A stretch of DNA of 50,748 nt from the NCBI RefSeq assembly GCF_006345805.1, contig NW_021834300.1:1-50748 (forward strand), written 5' to 3'. A model generated the notes under the pieces. The model did no database searches, was not told where the DNA came from, and worked only from the letters and a program-made list of their open reading frames with translations. This document shows positions 40,125 to 50,748 of the stretch, one piece after another. Source of the stretch: Octopus sinensis. Lineage: Eukaryota. The position numbers and the translations under genes are program-made. The number at the start of each line of letters is the position of its first letter. The first letter of the stretch is position 1.

Positions 40125-40500
40125 GGGTACAGGACAACAAATAAATGTTGAACACCATGAGAAACGAAAACATAAAAATAAAAATATAGAAACGAACTTT
40201 TTGTTGAACAACGAAAAAAACAGAGAAACGAGACATGCAACGTAAAGAATATTCCCCTTCATCAGTTGTCCCAGTTTCATCCACTCCGCGTTACGAAGGC
40301 AAGGACAATACGCGACTTCGTTGAAACAGTCCTTCACGCAAAGCAAATTAAATAATATTTGGGATTTTTTGCGGAGGTTGAAAGTGGTAACAAGAACAGG
40401 ACAGTGAGGACAAGACAGTAAAAACAAACGGTGAGGGCTGTTGAGCAAAAACGATAGAAAAATTATCATGAACGCTAGGAGAACGAACTATAAGAGGAGA
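40125..40500 (-). mobile_element. probable interspersed repeat, possibly Penelope-like
   Basis: A-rich layout beside a (TA)-rich tract like the other fragments; a CTGATGAAGGGG half-motif on the minus strand but no complete hammerhead. Confidence 0.3.
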
Positions 40501-40727
40501 CAGGTATAAACACGTCATTTCTTTAGGAAGAAAATGGACAGAAAGCTAGATTCCCTTTCGTCACGTATCAGCGGCAAGAGATTCAAGAAGGAAGAGTGAG
40601 AGAGAGAGAACGGTGAAGAGGAGAGGAGAAGAATTTGGAAGGGTGGGAGTGAAAACCAGAAAGGGTGAAAAACAACTGAGGGAGGGAGATAAACAGAGAA
40701 GAGATAGTAGAGATAGAAGACTGCGCA

Positions 40728-40930
40728 TCTCTGTATATAAAGCTGAAGTTGTCTGTGTATTAATTTTTACGAATTTTTGACTACTATGACGCCATTTTTC
40801 GGTGTATTTCAACCAGAAAAATGTTCACTTAAAGAGAATAGCAAGCTACATAATGCAATATTTTTACTTTTCAAAAACTCCAATTCTAAAGGGTCGAAAC
40901 AAACTCGAGCGACGCCGGGCGATACTGCTA

Positions 40931-40931
<1 letters not shown>
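40728..40931 (+). mobile_element. complete 204 bp non-autonomous Helitron
   Basis: A|TC 5' start, CTAG|T 3' end, GC-rich hairpin CTCGAGCGACGCCGGG (40904-40919) just upstream of CTAG, no TSD. Confidence 0.8.
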
Positions 40932-40969
<38 letters not shown>

Positions 40970-41050
40970 CAGAATTTTAAAAAGCGACACTTCTTATCAA
41001 AACCATCGTATATGTGTGTGTGTGTGTGTGTTATTTACATATTATATATG

Positions 41051-41130
41051 TATGTGTGTGCATGTATATAACTATAGATAAACGTGCGTATGTGTGTGCA
41101 TGTATATAACTATAGATAAACGTGCGTATG
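41051..41130 (+). repeat. 38 bp unit x2 tandem duplication
   Basis: TATGTGTGTGCATGTATATAACTATAGATAAACGTGCG repeated exactly. Confidence 0.9.
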
Positions 41131-41994
41131 AGTATTCTCAACTATATATTAGTTGAGAATACTGAATATTGCTCCAGCACAAAGGGAAAAGATCTCGGGC
41201 CTATAGGATTTGGGTTGTCAAATCATTGAACCACCACATCACTAAGACGACCGCTCCTTTTCTCTTTAACTGTTGTTGATAACTTTTTTTGCTGTTTTAT
41301 TAAAGAGCGATTTCATTCACTTGGAACTTCTGAAAAACAATATTGAAAGAGAATGACAGCAAAAGAAAAGTCACAAAGTAACCTGCAGTATTAAAAAGAG
41401 AAAATGACAATTCAAGAGTCTCGATATCGACAAGAATATATCAAAAACTTCTTCATAACTTCTTAATCAAACCTCACAATTCCAGTCATTATTCTCTTCT
41501 GTAATTTATTTCATTATAACTTTTTATTTTAAATTCTGTAATTTTAGCAATTAAAGGAAAATGCTACTTCATTTTCAAGTGTTTAACGGAAATTGTGTCA
41601 TATAAATATTAAATTTATGTGACAGAATCGAATTTTCCATTGTTGGGAAAACTTAAGACTCAGATTTATAAAATAAGAAAAAGTTTCCGATTAGGTGACA
41701 GTGTGATACATTTTCTTCTGATAACAGTGGAACGCCGTAAACGGGAGGGATTAGGAAGCTAAAGAAGGAGGGTGGAATGAAACAAATTAAAATAAAATAA
41801 AATACAATTCAACATAGTAAAGCACGAGGGGGTATGGGGCAAGTCTAACTTTCCGGGATAGATTTATGGATATGAAGGTTTTAAAGGTTCCTGTGTGATT
41901 AAGGATATATAAAATGTTTATGGATATAAGTGTGGATATAAAAGTAGATGAGAAATAGTCAGGCAGAAGAAAAGGGCGACAGATAGATAGACAA

Positions 41995-42029
<35 letters not shown>

Positions 42030-42050
42030 CGTATCCTACGTGTGTCGTGT

Positions 42051-42358
42051 TGGAGGCACATGGCCTAGTGGTTAGAGCAGCGGACTCGCGGTCGAAGGAT
42101 CGCGGGTTCGAATCTCAGACCGGGCGATGTGTGTGTTTATGAGCGAAAACACCTAAGCTCCGCGCGTTCCGGCAGAAGGTAATGGCGAACTTCTGCTGAC
42201 TCTTTCGCCACAACTTTCTCTCACTCATCCTCTTGCATCTTGCAGCTCATCTGCGACGGACCGGTGTCCCGTCCAGGTGGGGAAACTATACGCCAAGAAA
42301 TCGGGAAACCGGCCCTTATGAGCCAGGCATGGCTCGAGAAGGAACAAACAAACAAAAA
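42051..42358 (+). mobile_element. full-length tRNA-derived SINE family C with 13 bp TSD
   Basis: A box TGGCCTAGTGG (42061-42071), B box GGTTCGAATCT (42105-42115), (AAAC)n tail, perfect TSD ACGTGTGTCGTGT at 42038-42050 and 42359-42371. Confidence 0.93.
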
Positions 42359-43039
42359 ACGTGTGTCGTGTGACCTGTAGAGAGCCTACTTATATTATTC
42401 TAATGTAAGGTGTTTGCTAGATAATCCTAGTTCAATTTTCCGATAATCTATTAGACTGAATTGGGGGATGAAATGAAGGAATTAGCTATTAAACGACTGT
42501 ATTGAATTCTCGATCAACGTAAACCGAATTTAAGACATAAAGGTGAGAAAATAATTTTTTCTAACAATGAAAATGGTGTCCTTAACGAACGACGCCTATA
42601 TTTCGTGAGAGAAAACTGTAAAAAGATGTCGAAGCTTGTTTCACTTTGACTAAATTAAATTACATCAATATATCTACACGAATCTTATTTAAATTCCTCT
42701 GTTCACTTGTATTTTTCTTTAGATTTTGGTATTTGCTTCTTCTCCTAATTGTATACAAAGTGTAAATCATAAAAAAATACTCAATTTAACAGCGAGAGTT
42801 ATGGAGTAATGACAAAAGCTTTTATCCAGACGAATTTCAATATCACAATTTTATACCTTTTTCTTATTTTGTAAAATTATTTCGAAATATTTATTTTCGA
42901 TTTTATTTGAGACGAATTTTTGGGTTCTGAATTTCCCATATTTTTTTTTTTTTTTTTTTGAAAATTCATTCATTTATTTATTTATTTATTGCTTCCATTC
43001 CATTTTAAAATCATTTTGAAAGATACCCAACATACTTTA

Positions 43040-43073
43040 TTTATGTGTGTGTGTATGTGTATATTATATATAT

Positions 43074-43118
<45 letters not shown>

Positions 43119-43119
43119 G

Positions 43120-43179
<60 letters not shown>

Positions 43180-43472
43180 TGCGCGTAGGTACGTATATGT
43201 ATCTATATGTGTGGTATATATACATCTATACATATATATATATATATTGTGTGTGTGTATATATATTTATATGCATCGGTATATACATAAGTGTGTGTAT
43301 GTGCGCGTAAGTATGTATATGTATTTATGTGAGTGTAGATATATATATATATGTATATATATATATATTCACCAGTATATATGTGCGTGTGTGCGTTTGT
43401 GTGTATGTATGTAGAATTATATGTATATATATATGCATGATATATAAGTATTTATCTATCTCTTCTTCTCTC

Positions 43473-43519
<47 letters not shown>

Positions 43520-43680
43520 GTATATGTGTGTATATATATTTGTGTTCGCGTAGCTATATATGTAACGCTATATATACATATATACCCATACATGTACGTA
43601 TGTTCATATATGTATATCTTTATATATATATATATAATATATATATAATATATAATATATATATAGTATGTATATGTAAT
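43040..43680. repeat. (TA)/(TG) low-complexity tract
   Basis: direct reading. Confidence 0.85.
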
Positions 43681-44025
43681 CTGTATTCTATCTCTTCTGA
43701 AAATATATAACTATGTTGCTTGCCGCGCGTGCGTATGTGTGTGTCCACGCATATACGTATGAATGTGTGCGTGTGTTTTTCTATTTCTTTTTCCTTTTTT
43801 CAATAAATTAGTTTACCATCTTATGAATTCCTTTTATATTTATATCGTCAAATCCATTTCTCAGAAATCTTTTGGAACTTGGGTAGTGGTAGTGGCGGTG
43901 GCGGCGGCGGTGGCGAGAGGGAAATAGATTCTTCTCGTTGTAAAGAATTCTGGAAATAAAGAAAAGTGTTGTTCGCAAAATAATACACTGACAATCTGTA
44001 TTACAAACGGCAACAACAACAAGAA

Positions 44026-44115
44026 TAATGATGATGATGATGACGATGATGATGATGATGGTGATGGTGATGATGATGATGGTGATGATGGTGATGGTGA
44101 TGATGATGGTGATGG

Positions 44116-44157
<42 letters not shown>

Positions 44158-44308
44158 GAGATGATGATGAAGATGCAGTAGCACACAGATGGTGATGATG
44201 ATGATGATGGTGATGGTGATGATGGTGATGGTGATGGTGATGATGATGATGATGATGGTGATAATGGTGATGATGATGATGACCACGACGATGATGACGG
44301 CAATGATA
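44026..44308. repeat. (GAT/GGT)n trinucleotide tract
   Basis: direct reading; source of the poly-His/Ser/Ile ORFs. Confidence 0.95.
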
Positions 44309-44874
44309 AGAAAAAGAAGGAGTTTTGTTTTATTTTCAATTCAATTCTAAATAAAATATTCTTCGTTTCACCGTTATTACTGTCTATATTTTGAACAATG
44401 ACAAGCAACACACCCAGCTGGGCATGGCACACACTCTCTCTCTCTCTCTCTCACTCTCTCTCTCTCTCTTTCTCTCTATCTAAATCACTCTTTCTCCCTT
44501 TTTCTCCTTTTTCTTTTCTTATCTCCATCGAAAATGTTTCGCATTCCCTGCGTGTGCGTGTTGTCGTGTGTGTGGGAGGGAGGTGAGTGTGTATGTGTGA
44601 GCGACAGGTTGTATGTCTGCACACAGGTATATATAAATATACACACATAAGCATACATATATATATATATATACATACATATATATTTGCCTATGTATAT
44701 ATGTCTGCATATATGTATATATACATATAACTATACGTCTGTGTATAAATACGTGTATATATATACTATATGTTTGTTTGTCTATATGTATTTATATATT
44801 ATATATATAGTATATATATATATAATATATATATATATATACAAATATACACGCCAAAGATAGATAGCTCGATA

Positions 44875-44911
<37 letters not shown>

Positions 44912-45570
44912 AGATAGATAGATAATTCGCTTGCATGTTGTTAAGAGGTAAGTCTGAGTTGATTGGCATTACACGCAGCCAATACATAATGTTTACTGAT
45001 TTATTGTAAAGAAGCCCTTTGAGTCCTAATCTTCTCAGCCTTGTCTCCCTTATCAAGTAGTGAAGTGAACAAACGATATCGAAATGCATCCGTCATTCTT
45101 ATCATTACCGCTCTGGGCTGACGGTGGTGTTTTAACGCTTTATTTTCTTAAGTGCCAATTATTTTCTCTGTGACAAACTCAAGCGAAATGCCTTTACACG
45201 TTCAAATATCTCTCAAACACATTTCAGCTGTTTCACTAATTTCTGTCACAGCTTCATCCATCTTCTCGTGCATCTGCAACCAATATGTGCGATCCGTAAA
45301 TAATACTTAACTATAAACAATGTTTATATACATGGGTAATTTACACGTGACGTTTGAATGAGAATTAGGATTGGATTGTATAGAAAATAGAGGAGATGTT
45401 GAAGCGTTCTTGACTTTAAGGGTTTCGCGAAAGGACTGGATTGAGGCCTATCCTTCCAAATGAAGGGCCGCTGCAATAAATGTGTGAATCTTAGAAGACA
45501 ATATGTTGGACGAAATCATAACATTTACCCAAAGCCAGGAACATTTTAGTTCCCGCTTGTGTACTATCTA

Positions 45571-45604
<34 letters not shown>

Positions 45605-45889
45605 AAATGTTTTAATTTTCATTCCTTTCATTGAATTTATCCCTTATTGTGTGTCTAGCGCAACGCTCTTAGACTTAGAAGCCTTTATATGTATTTCTAT
45701 ATGAATATATATAGTCTAATGACTAATTCGTCTTTTTTGTGATGGGTCACTGGTAAATAATAATTTATTTTTTATTACCCTATTTACTATGTTGATATAT
45801 ATATACATATACAAATATAATACATATACATATATATATATATTATATATATATATATATATATATTATATAGATATATATATATCTAG

Positions 45890-47695
45890 CATAATGGGTG
45901 GTAGGGCCGGTTTATGGTGTCACCATGAGTTTCTCGTTCATAAGGTGTTTAGCCTTACAGTGTATATTCAGACCACAAACACTGCTGCCCTGAGACCTCT
46001 TCAAAACATGGCGGGCGAAACTCCTCGTTCTTAAAGGCGATTATCTGCCTTTGCCATTGTCCATCGATCTTCGGCCGCGCTACCACCTTGCGGTCCCCAA
46101 AGCACTCGTTTTTAATGCAGGGCCCTATAAATGATAGCAAGAAATTATGACAGATGTTCTAACATTGGTTAGTGTTAGGTAAAAATACTCAGGAATATGC
46201 CATGTGTGTGTCTGAGTGTCTGTGTATCAGGTACAAATTGTTCGTGTTGATTGGAGCTCGGCGTTTTTGAGTTTGTAGTGTGTGTGGAAGTTTCGTTTTC
46301 AGGATTGGTGTATCTCCCTGCTTTGTTTAACGGGATGATCATTCTTTTCTCCCCCTTTTTCTTCTCCACCCGGTGGCCCTTTGCATTTCTTCCATGTCGC
46401 CTTCATCAGACGACGTGTCGGAGGAATCAGAAAATGGGAGGGGAAGTGTGTTGGGGGGGGGGGGTGGCGATTTCTGTGTTGATGTTGTTACTGTTGTTAG
46501 TGCTGGATGGTGGCTGTTGGGATGTGATGAATAGGCTGTTGGGATGAAGGGTTAGTTTTTTCCTTCTTTTCAGGATTTAGCGCTTCTGTAGGTGTTACTG
46601 TTGTTAGTAGTCGTTGTGGTGGTGGTGATGATGATGGTGGTGGTATTGGTGGTGGTGGTGTTGCTGGTGGTAGTGTTGGTGATGATGGAGGTGGTGGTGA
46701 TGGTGATGGTGGTGGTGGTGGTGGTGGCGATAGTGGTGGTAGTGGTGATGGTGGTGGTGGTGGTGGTGGTGGTGGTGCTTCTGCTGTTGATGTCAAATCT
46801 GCTGACGGTGGTGTTGATTCGCTGGGTTGGTTGGGTTGGCTAGTTGGTTGGTGGAACTGTTTCATCTGTTGTTGCTGCTGTACTTGTGTTGATCGTGGTG
46901 TGGGTAACACTGTTGGTTTTCAGTTGTTTTTTCTTTTTCTTGTTATTGTTATTGTTGTCCCTGTACTGTTGGGCAGTCGACCTTCAGGTGGTTTTTGCCA
47001 CCACAAGGGTGACAACGTGGCCTTCTGTCTTCAACGGCTACATGCAGGTTTGTGTCGTCCGGCAGTTTTACTAAGTCTGGGACAATTTCAATCGTCCCTT
47101 GACCCGTTCGACCCCTGTCCAACCCAGTTTTTCTGCTCCAGGACGGCAATTTATAGCATATTAATTGCCTCCTTGAAATCATAGCAGATAGGTGACACCA
47201 GCCATCGTATTTCTATCTCAGGGAGGACATCTTTAATTTTTATTTTCGACACACCCATGGTATGTAGGAATCATGATGTTTTCCTCGCATACAAGTGGCT
47301 TTGTAGAATGTTTTTTTGTTTGTTCATCTCTATCGAACCTTATTCGATAGTGCCAAATCTTTTGCCCCTGGTAACATATATGCCTTAAGTACTTTTACAC
47401 CGTTTTTTGAGTGGCATGTTCCTGCATTTTTGTTTCTGAGTTTAGTGTTTTGAAAATTATGATTTTCTGTAAAATATATTTTAGTGTGCGTAATTTTATG
47501 GTTCTTTTCTCTTTGGTTAACAAAGATTTACATTCTAAAAATTCTTGTGTCGAAAAGGAGCAGTGGTGGTGGCGGTGGAGGTGGCAGTGGTGGTGGCAAC
47601 GGTCATTATTTTAGACATACATTCATTATCTTTGCTATTTTCCCACTTGCTCGGTAGGAGCGCTGCTGTCATTGTGCATGTTGGCATTGTTGTTT
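45890..47695 (-). mobile_element. decayed non-LTR retrotransposon ORF1/gag-like region (L1/Tx1-like)
   Basis: CCHC zinc knuckle CHPCGGKNHLKVDC (46973-47014) after LHVAVEDRRPR; frameshifted coding-like relics upstream (RILECKSLLTKEKRTIKLRTL; KIKDVLPEIEIRWLV); Pro/Thr-rich tail; boundaries approximate. Confidence 0.65.
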
Positions 47696-47725
47696 AACTG
47701 TGTGTGATTGTGTGTGTGTGTCTGT

Positions 47726-47771
<46 letters not shown>

Positions 47772-48131
47772 TAGTGAATTGATACTTTCTTTGTTATTTG
47801 TTGCTATTGCAAGCGGAGGAAAATTAACATCGAAAATGGTTAGAGAGACGCTGTTGGTCTCCAAATGACTAGCCATTTTCTCAACAAACTAATTTTTTTT
47901 TTAAATATAATTTTAAGATCCCAAAATTCACCATTAAAGGGCGAATTTTCGAGCAGGAAACTCGCTCAGGCCAAAAAAGATGTTTTGAAGCACATTTTTG
48001 ATAACATACATACATACATACAGACAGACATACAAACGTACATATATACATACATACAAAAATACATGGACAGACAAGCAGACAGACAAACAGACAAACA
48101 GACAGACAGACAGATTGACAGACAGACAGTC

Positions 48132-48202
<71 letters not shown>

Positions 48203-48205
<3 letters not shown>

Positions 48206-48480
48206 GAACCTTGCTTCACAGCCACATAGTTTCGGGTCCAGTTCTACCACCTTGGACCTTCGGCAAACGTTCTCTAGTATAATGTCGGACCTGGCTGAAA
48301 ACCTGTGAGTGGATATGGTAGACGGAAACTGAAAGGCACCTGTCGTGTATATGTGTGCGCGTGTGTGCGTGTATATGTGTACCTGTATGTGTGTGAGTTT
48401 GTATGTGTGTGTGCATGTCGCTGTGTCTGTGTTTGTCACACCACCACCGTTTCACAACCATTGCTGGGATGTTTTCTTCC
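48203..48480 (+). mobile_element. degenerate SINE family B
   Basis: TGTGAGTGGATATGGTAGACGGAAACTGAAAG, central (TG)n, CACAACCATTGCTGG. Confidence 0.75.
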
Positions 48481-48499
48481 TCGTGTGTCAGTAATACAT

Positions 48500-48530
<31 letters not shown>

Positions 48531-48794
48531 ATATATATATATATATATAAATACGTGTGTGTGTGTGAGTGTGTGTATATATATGTATATATACATACAT
48601 ATATATGTATACATGCATACATAGATACATACATACGTATATACATAAATAAATGTTTTGATACGTGTATATCATATAATAAATAATAAATATTTGTGTA
48701 TTTTGCGAATCTATGAGCGTAGTTGTATAAATATCCAAGATGTGTGTGTGTGTGTAGGTGTGTGTGTAGATAGAATGTTAAATAGATAGATAGG

Positions 48795-48860
<66 letters not shown>

Positions 48861-49289
48861 CAGATAAACAGACAGCCAGATATCTATTGAAGACATATAT
48901 ACATACATGAATTACGAGAGGACTACCTGCCCCTGTCGGCGACTCTTCATTCTTTTAATACAATATAAATCATAAACAGATTTAATATATAACTAACACC
49001 AACAAAAATGGCGTCCTTTTGTGACATAGAATATAAACGTAACTGACAAACATAATTACGTTGTGTCTCCTGTTCTGCTATGTTTATCACTTGATATGTA
49101 GTGTGCTCTTTCTGTTACAGGATATACATTGTCAAAGTTTCTGTATATTTCTCCCGCCATTTTTTCTCCTAGTGACAGCTCTTCTCCTTATTTTATACGT
49201 GCTTTTTATTGTGTTACTTTATTATCCAATTTCATAAAATTCCTTTTTCGCTACTGAACAAAACTTACCTATTCAGGCGGATGTTTTAT

Positions 49290-49432
49290 ACATACAGGCA
49301 TATACATACATACGTACATACATACATACATTCATACATACATAAATACATACATACAGACATACATAAATACATACATACATACACATATATATATGTA
49401 TATATAAAATATATATATATATTATATATAAT

Positions 49433-49509
<77 letters not shown>

Positions 49510-49595
49510 GAGTATGTATAATATATATTTATATATATACATACGTATATATATATATTATATATATATATAGTATATATATAGATAATATATAT

Positions 49596-49632
<37 letters not shown>
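49290..49632. repeat. (TACA)n/(TA)n tract
   Basis: direct reading. Confidence 0.9.
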
Positions 49633-50151
49633 GAGTCCCTAGTTATGATCAGGTGGATGATTACCATTGCTTTCGCATGTCTTAGGCTCTTCTGATTACA
49701 GGGGAGTCACGAAACATGCAGGCTGGAAGAGCGTAACCTTCTTCCCAATGTAGATAAGTAGATAAGAAGGTTACGTTTGCCAGGGTTCTGGAAAAGACCC
49801 TGGAACGAAATTCTTAGAAGTGATATCCCTTCCTGCGTGAGTTAAAGTTATCTCCTCCTGTCGACCGGTTCCAGTTGTGTCTAAAAAGAGTCAGTTTATG
49901 TTCAATTTCCGTTTACTAGTCAGCCAGCCTGGAATTCCATGTCCTAAGGAGGAATTTCTCTCTCGTGAGGGCATCGACTAAATAATTCACTTTTAGAACT
50001 TAAGCAGGTCCCCGTTTCAAACGAATAATTTGGTACTCTTGCCCAATCGGCCAAGTACGTTTCCTACGTCTGCTCCTGTTGATGTATGGTTCAGTTTATT
50101 CCATTCCAGGAGCCCCCATTTAATTCTCTATGGCATTCCATCTTCTACATA

Positions 50152-50435
50152 TCAGGTTGTACTGAGAGTTCTGTCCGTTTCTTAAGGCTCGATAAAATAA
50201 TAAAATATGATATCTGATTATTTAATCATTACTATTGTCACTATTCTTCTCTATGACTTCCTTCCATCTGTCAAGGAGGTTTTTAATGCCACGTTCAGAA
50301 AACTTACAAATGTGTCACATTTCTGTGCCACCTTAACAACGAGAAGTGTGACACCCTTTGTAAGATTTCTCTTGATGAAAAGGTCATTGCCTTTGTATTT
50401 TCTCAATGGATTTTACATTGACGAAATGGTGCAAC
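50152..50435 (-). mobile_element. 3' end of a mariner transposon (C-terminal transposase relic plus TIR)
   Basis: TA|TCAGGTTGTACTGAGAGTTCTGTCCGTTT is TIR-like; minus strand reads ERGIKNLLDRWKEVIEKNSD, matching the mariner GIxxLxxRWxxVI C-terminal motif. Confidence 0.8.
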
Positions 50436-50748
50436 ATGCTTTGAAACGATTGTATAAATGTATTTGAACGGACTCTTTCCCCTTTATTTTTATATTTATA
50501 GATTTATATTTATATTATTTTGGTTTCACTGCTTTAAATTTTCAGTTGCTTCTATTGTACATTAATCTATTCCAAATATTTTTCTTCATTCGAATGTACT
50601 TGTATTACCCTTTGAGGTTTTATCCTCTTTTATTCGTGTACATGTGTATATTGTGTATACTGTTGGGTTTTACCCGAGGATGCCTCGATGTTCTAATATA
50701 TATTTGTACTCATTTATGATATTTTGGGGAAAGTTATAAAGTTGTTAT

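Noticed and set aside
40240-40290. Hammerhead candidate CTGATGAAGGGG (minus strand)
   Set aside because: No correctly placed GAAA, stem III or cleavage triplet
42052-42125. tRNA gene
   Set aside because: A and B boxes present but no proper acceptor stem; continues into a SINE body, tail and TSD
43861-44432. Poly-His/Ser ORFs
   Set aside because: (GAT/GGT)n microsatellite translations
46497-46910. Proline-rich ORF resembling formin or extensin
   Set aside because: (GGT)n expansion within the retroelement ORF1 relic
49004-49163. Two YY1-like motifs (AAAATGGCG / CGCCATTTT)
   Set aside because: Short motifs with no other promoter evidence
50674-50748. Possible hammerhead start CCGAGGATGCC
   Set aside because: Any 3' half would lie beyond the window edge; cannot be evaluated

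Overview
AT-rich, repeat-saturated eukaryotic (animal) DNA. The SINE families and microsatellite load suggest a cephalopod, most likely Octopus (inferred from recalled repeat sequences, not a database search). No intact protein-coding gene, true tRNA or rRNA is supported; nearly all listed ORFs are translated microsatellites. The window looks intronic or intergenic. It holds three tRNA-derived SINE families (three copies with clear target-site duplications), three Tc1/mariner relics (one ~1.5 kb with both ends), RTE, CR1-like and zinc-knuckle ORF1 LINE fragments, two non-autonomous Helitron pieces, and several Penelope-like terminal fragments, mostly next to (TA)n tracts. The most notable signal is a dispersed set of minimal type-I hammerhead ribozyme motifs; the best one is at 24851-24898, with a self-complementary stem III. 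This motif class is already known from Penelope-like elements, so any novelty lies in the variants. Also notable: a ~180 bp near-perfect palindrome, an inverted duplication with a microhomology junction, and two tandem duplications that may be assembly artefacts.
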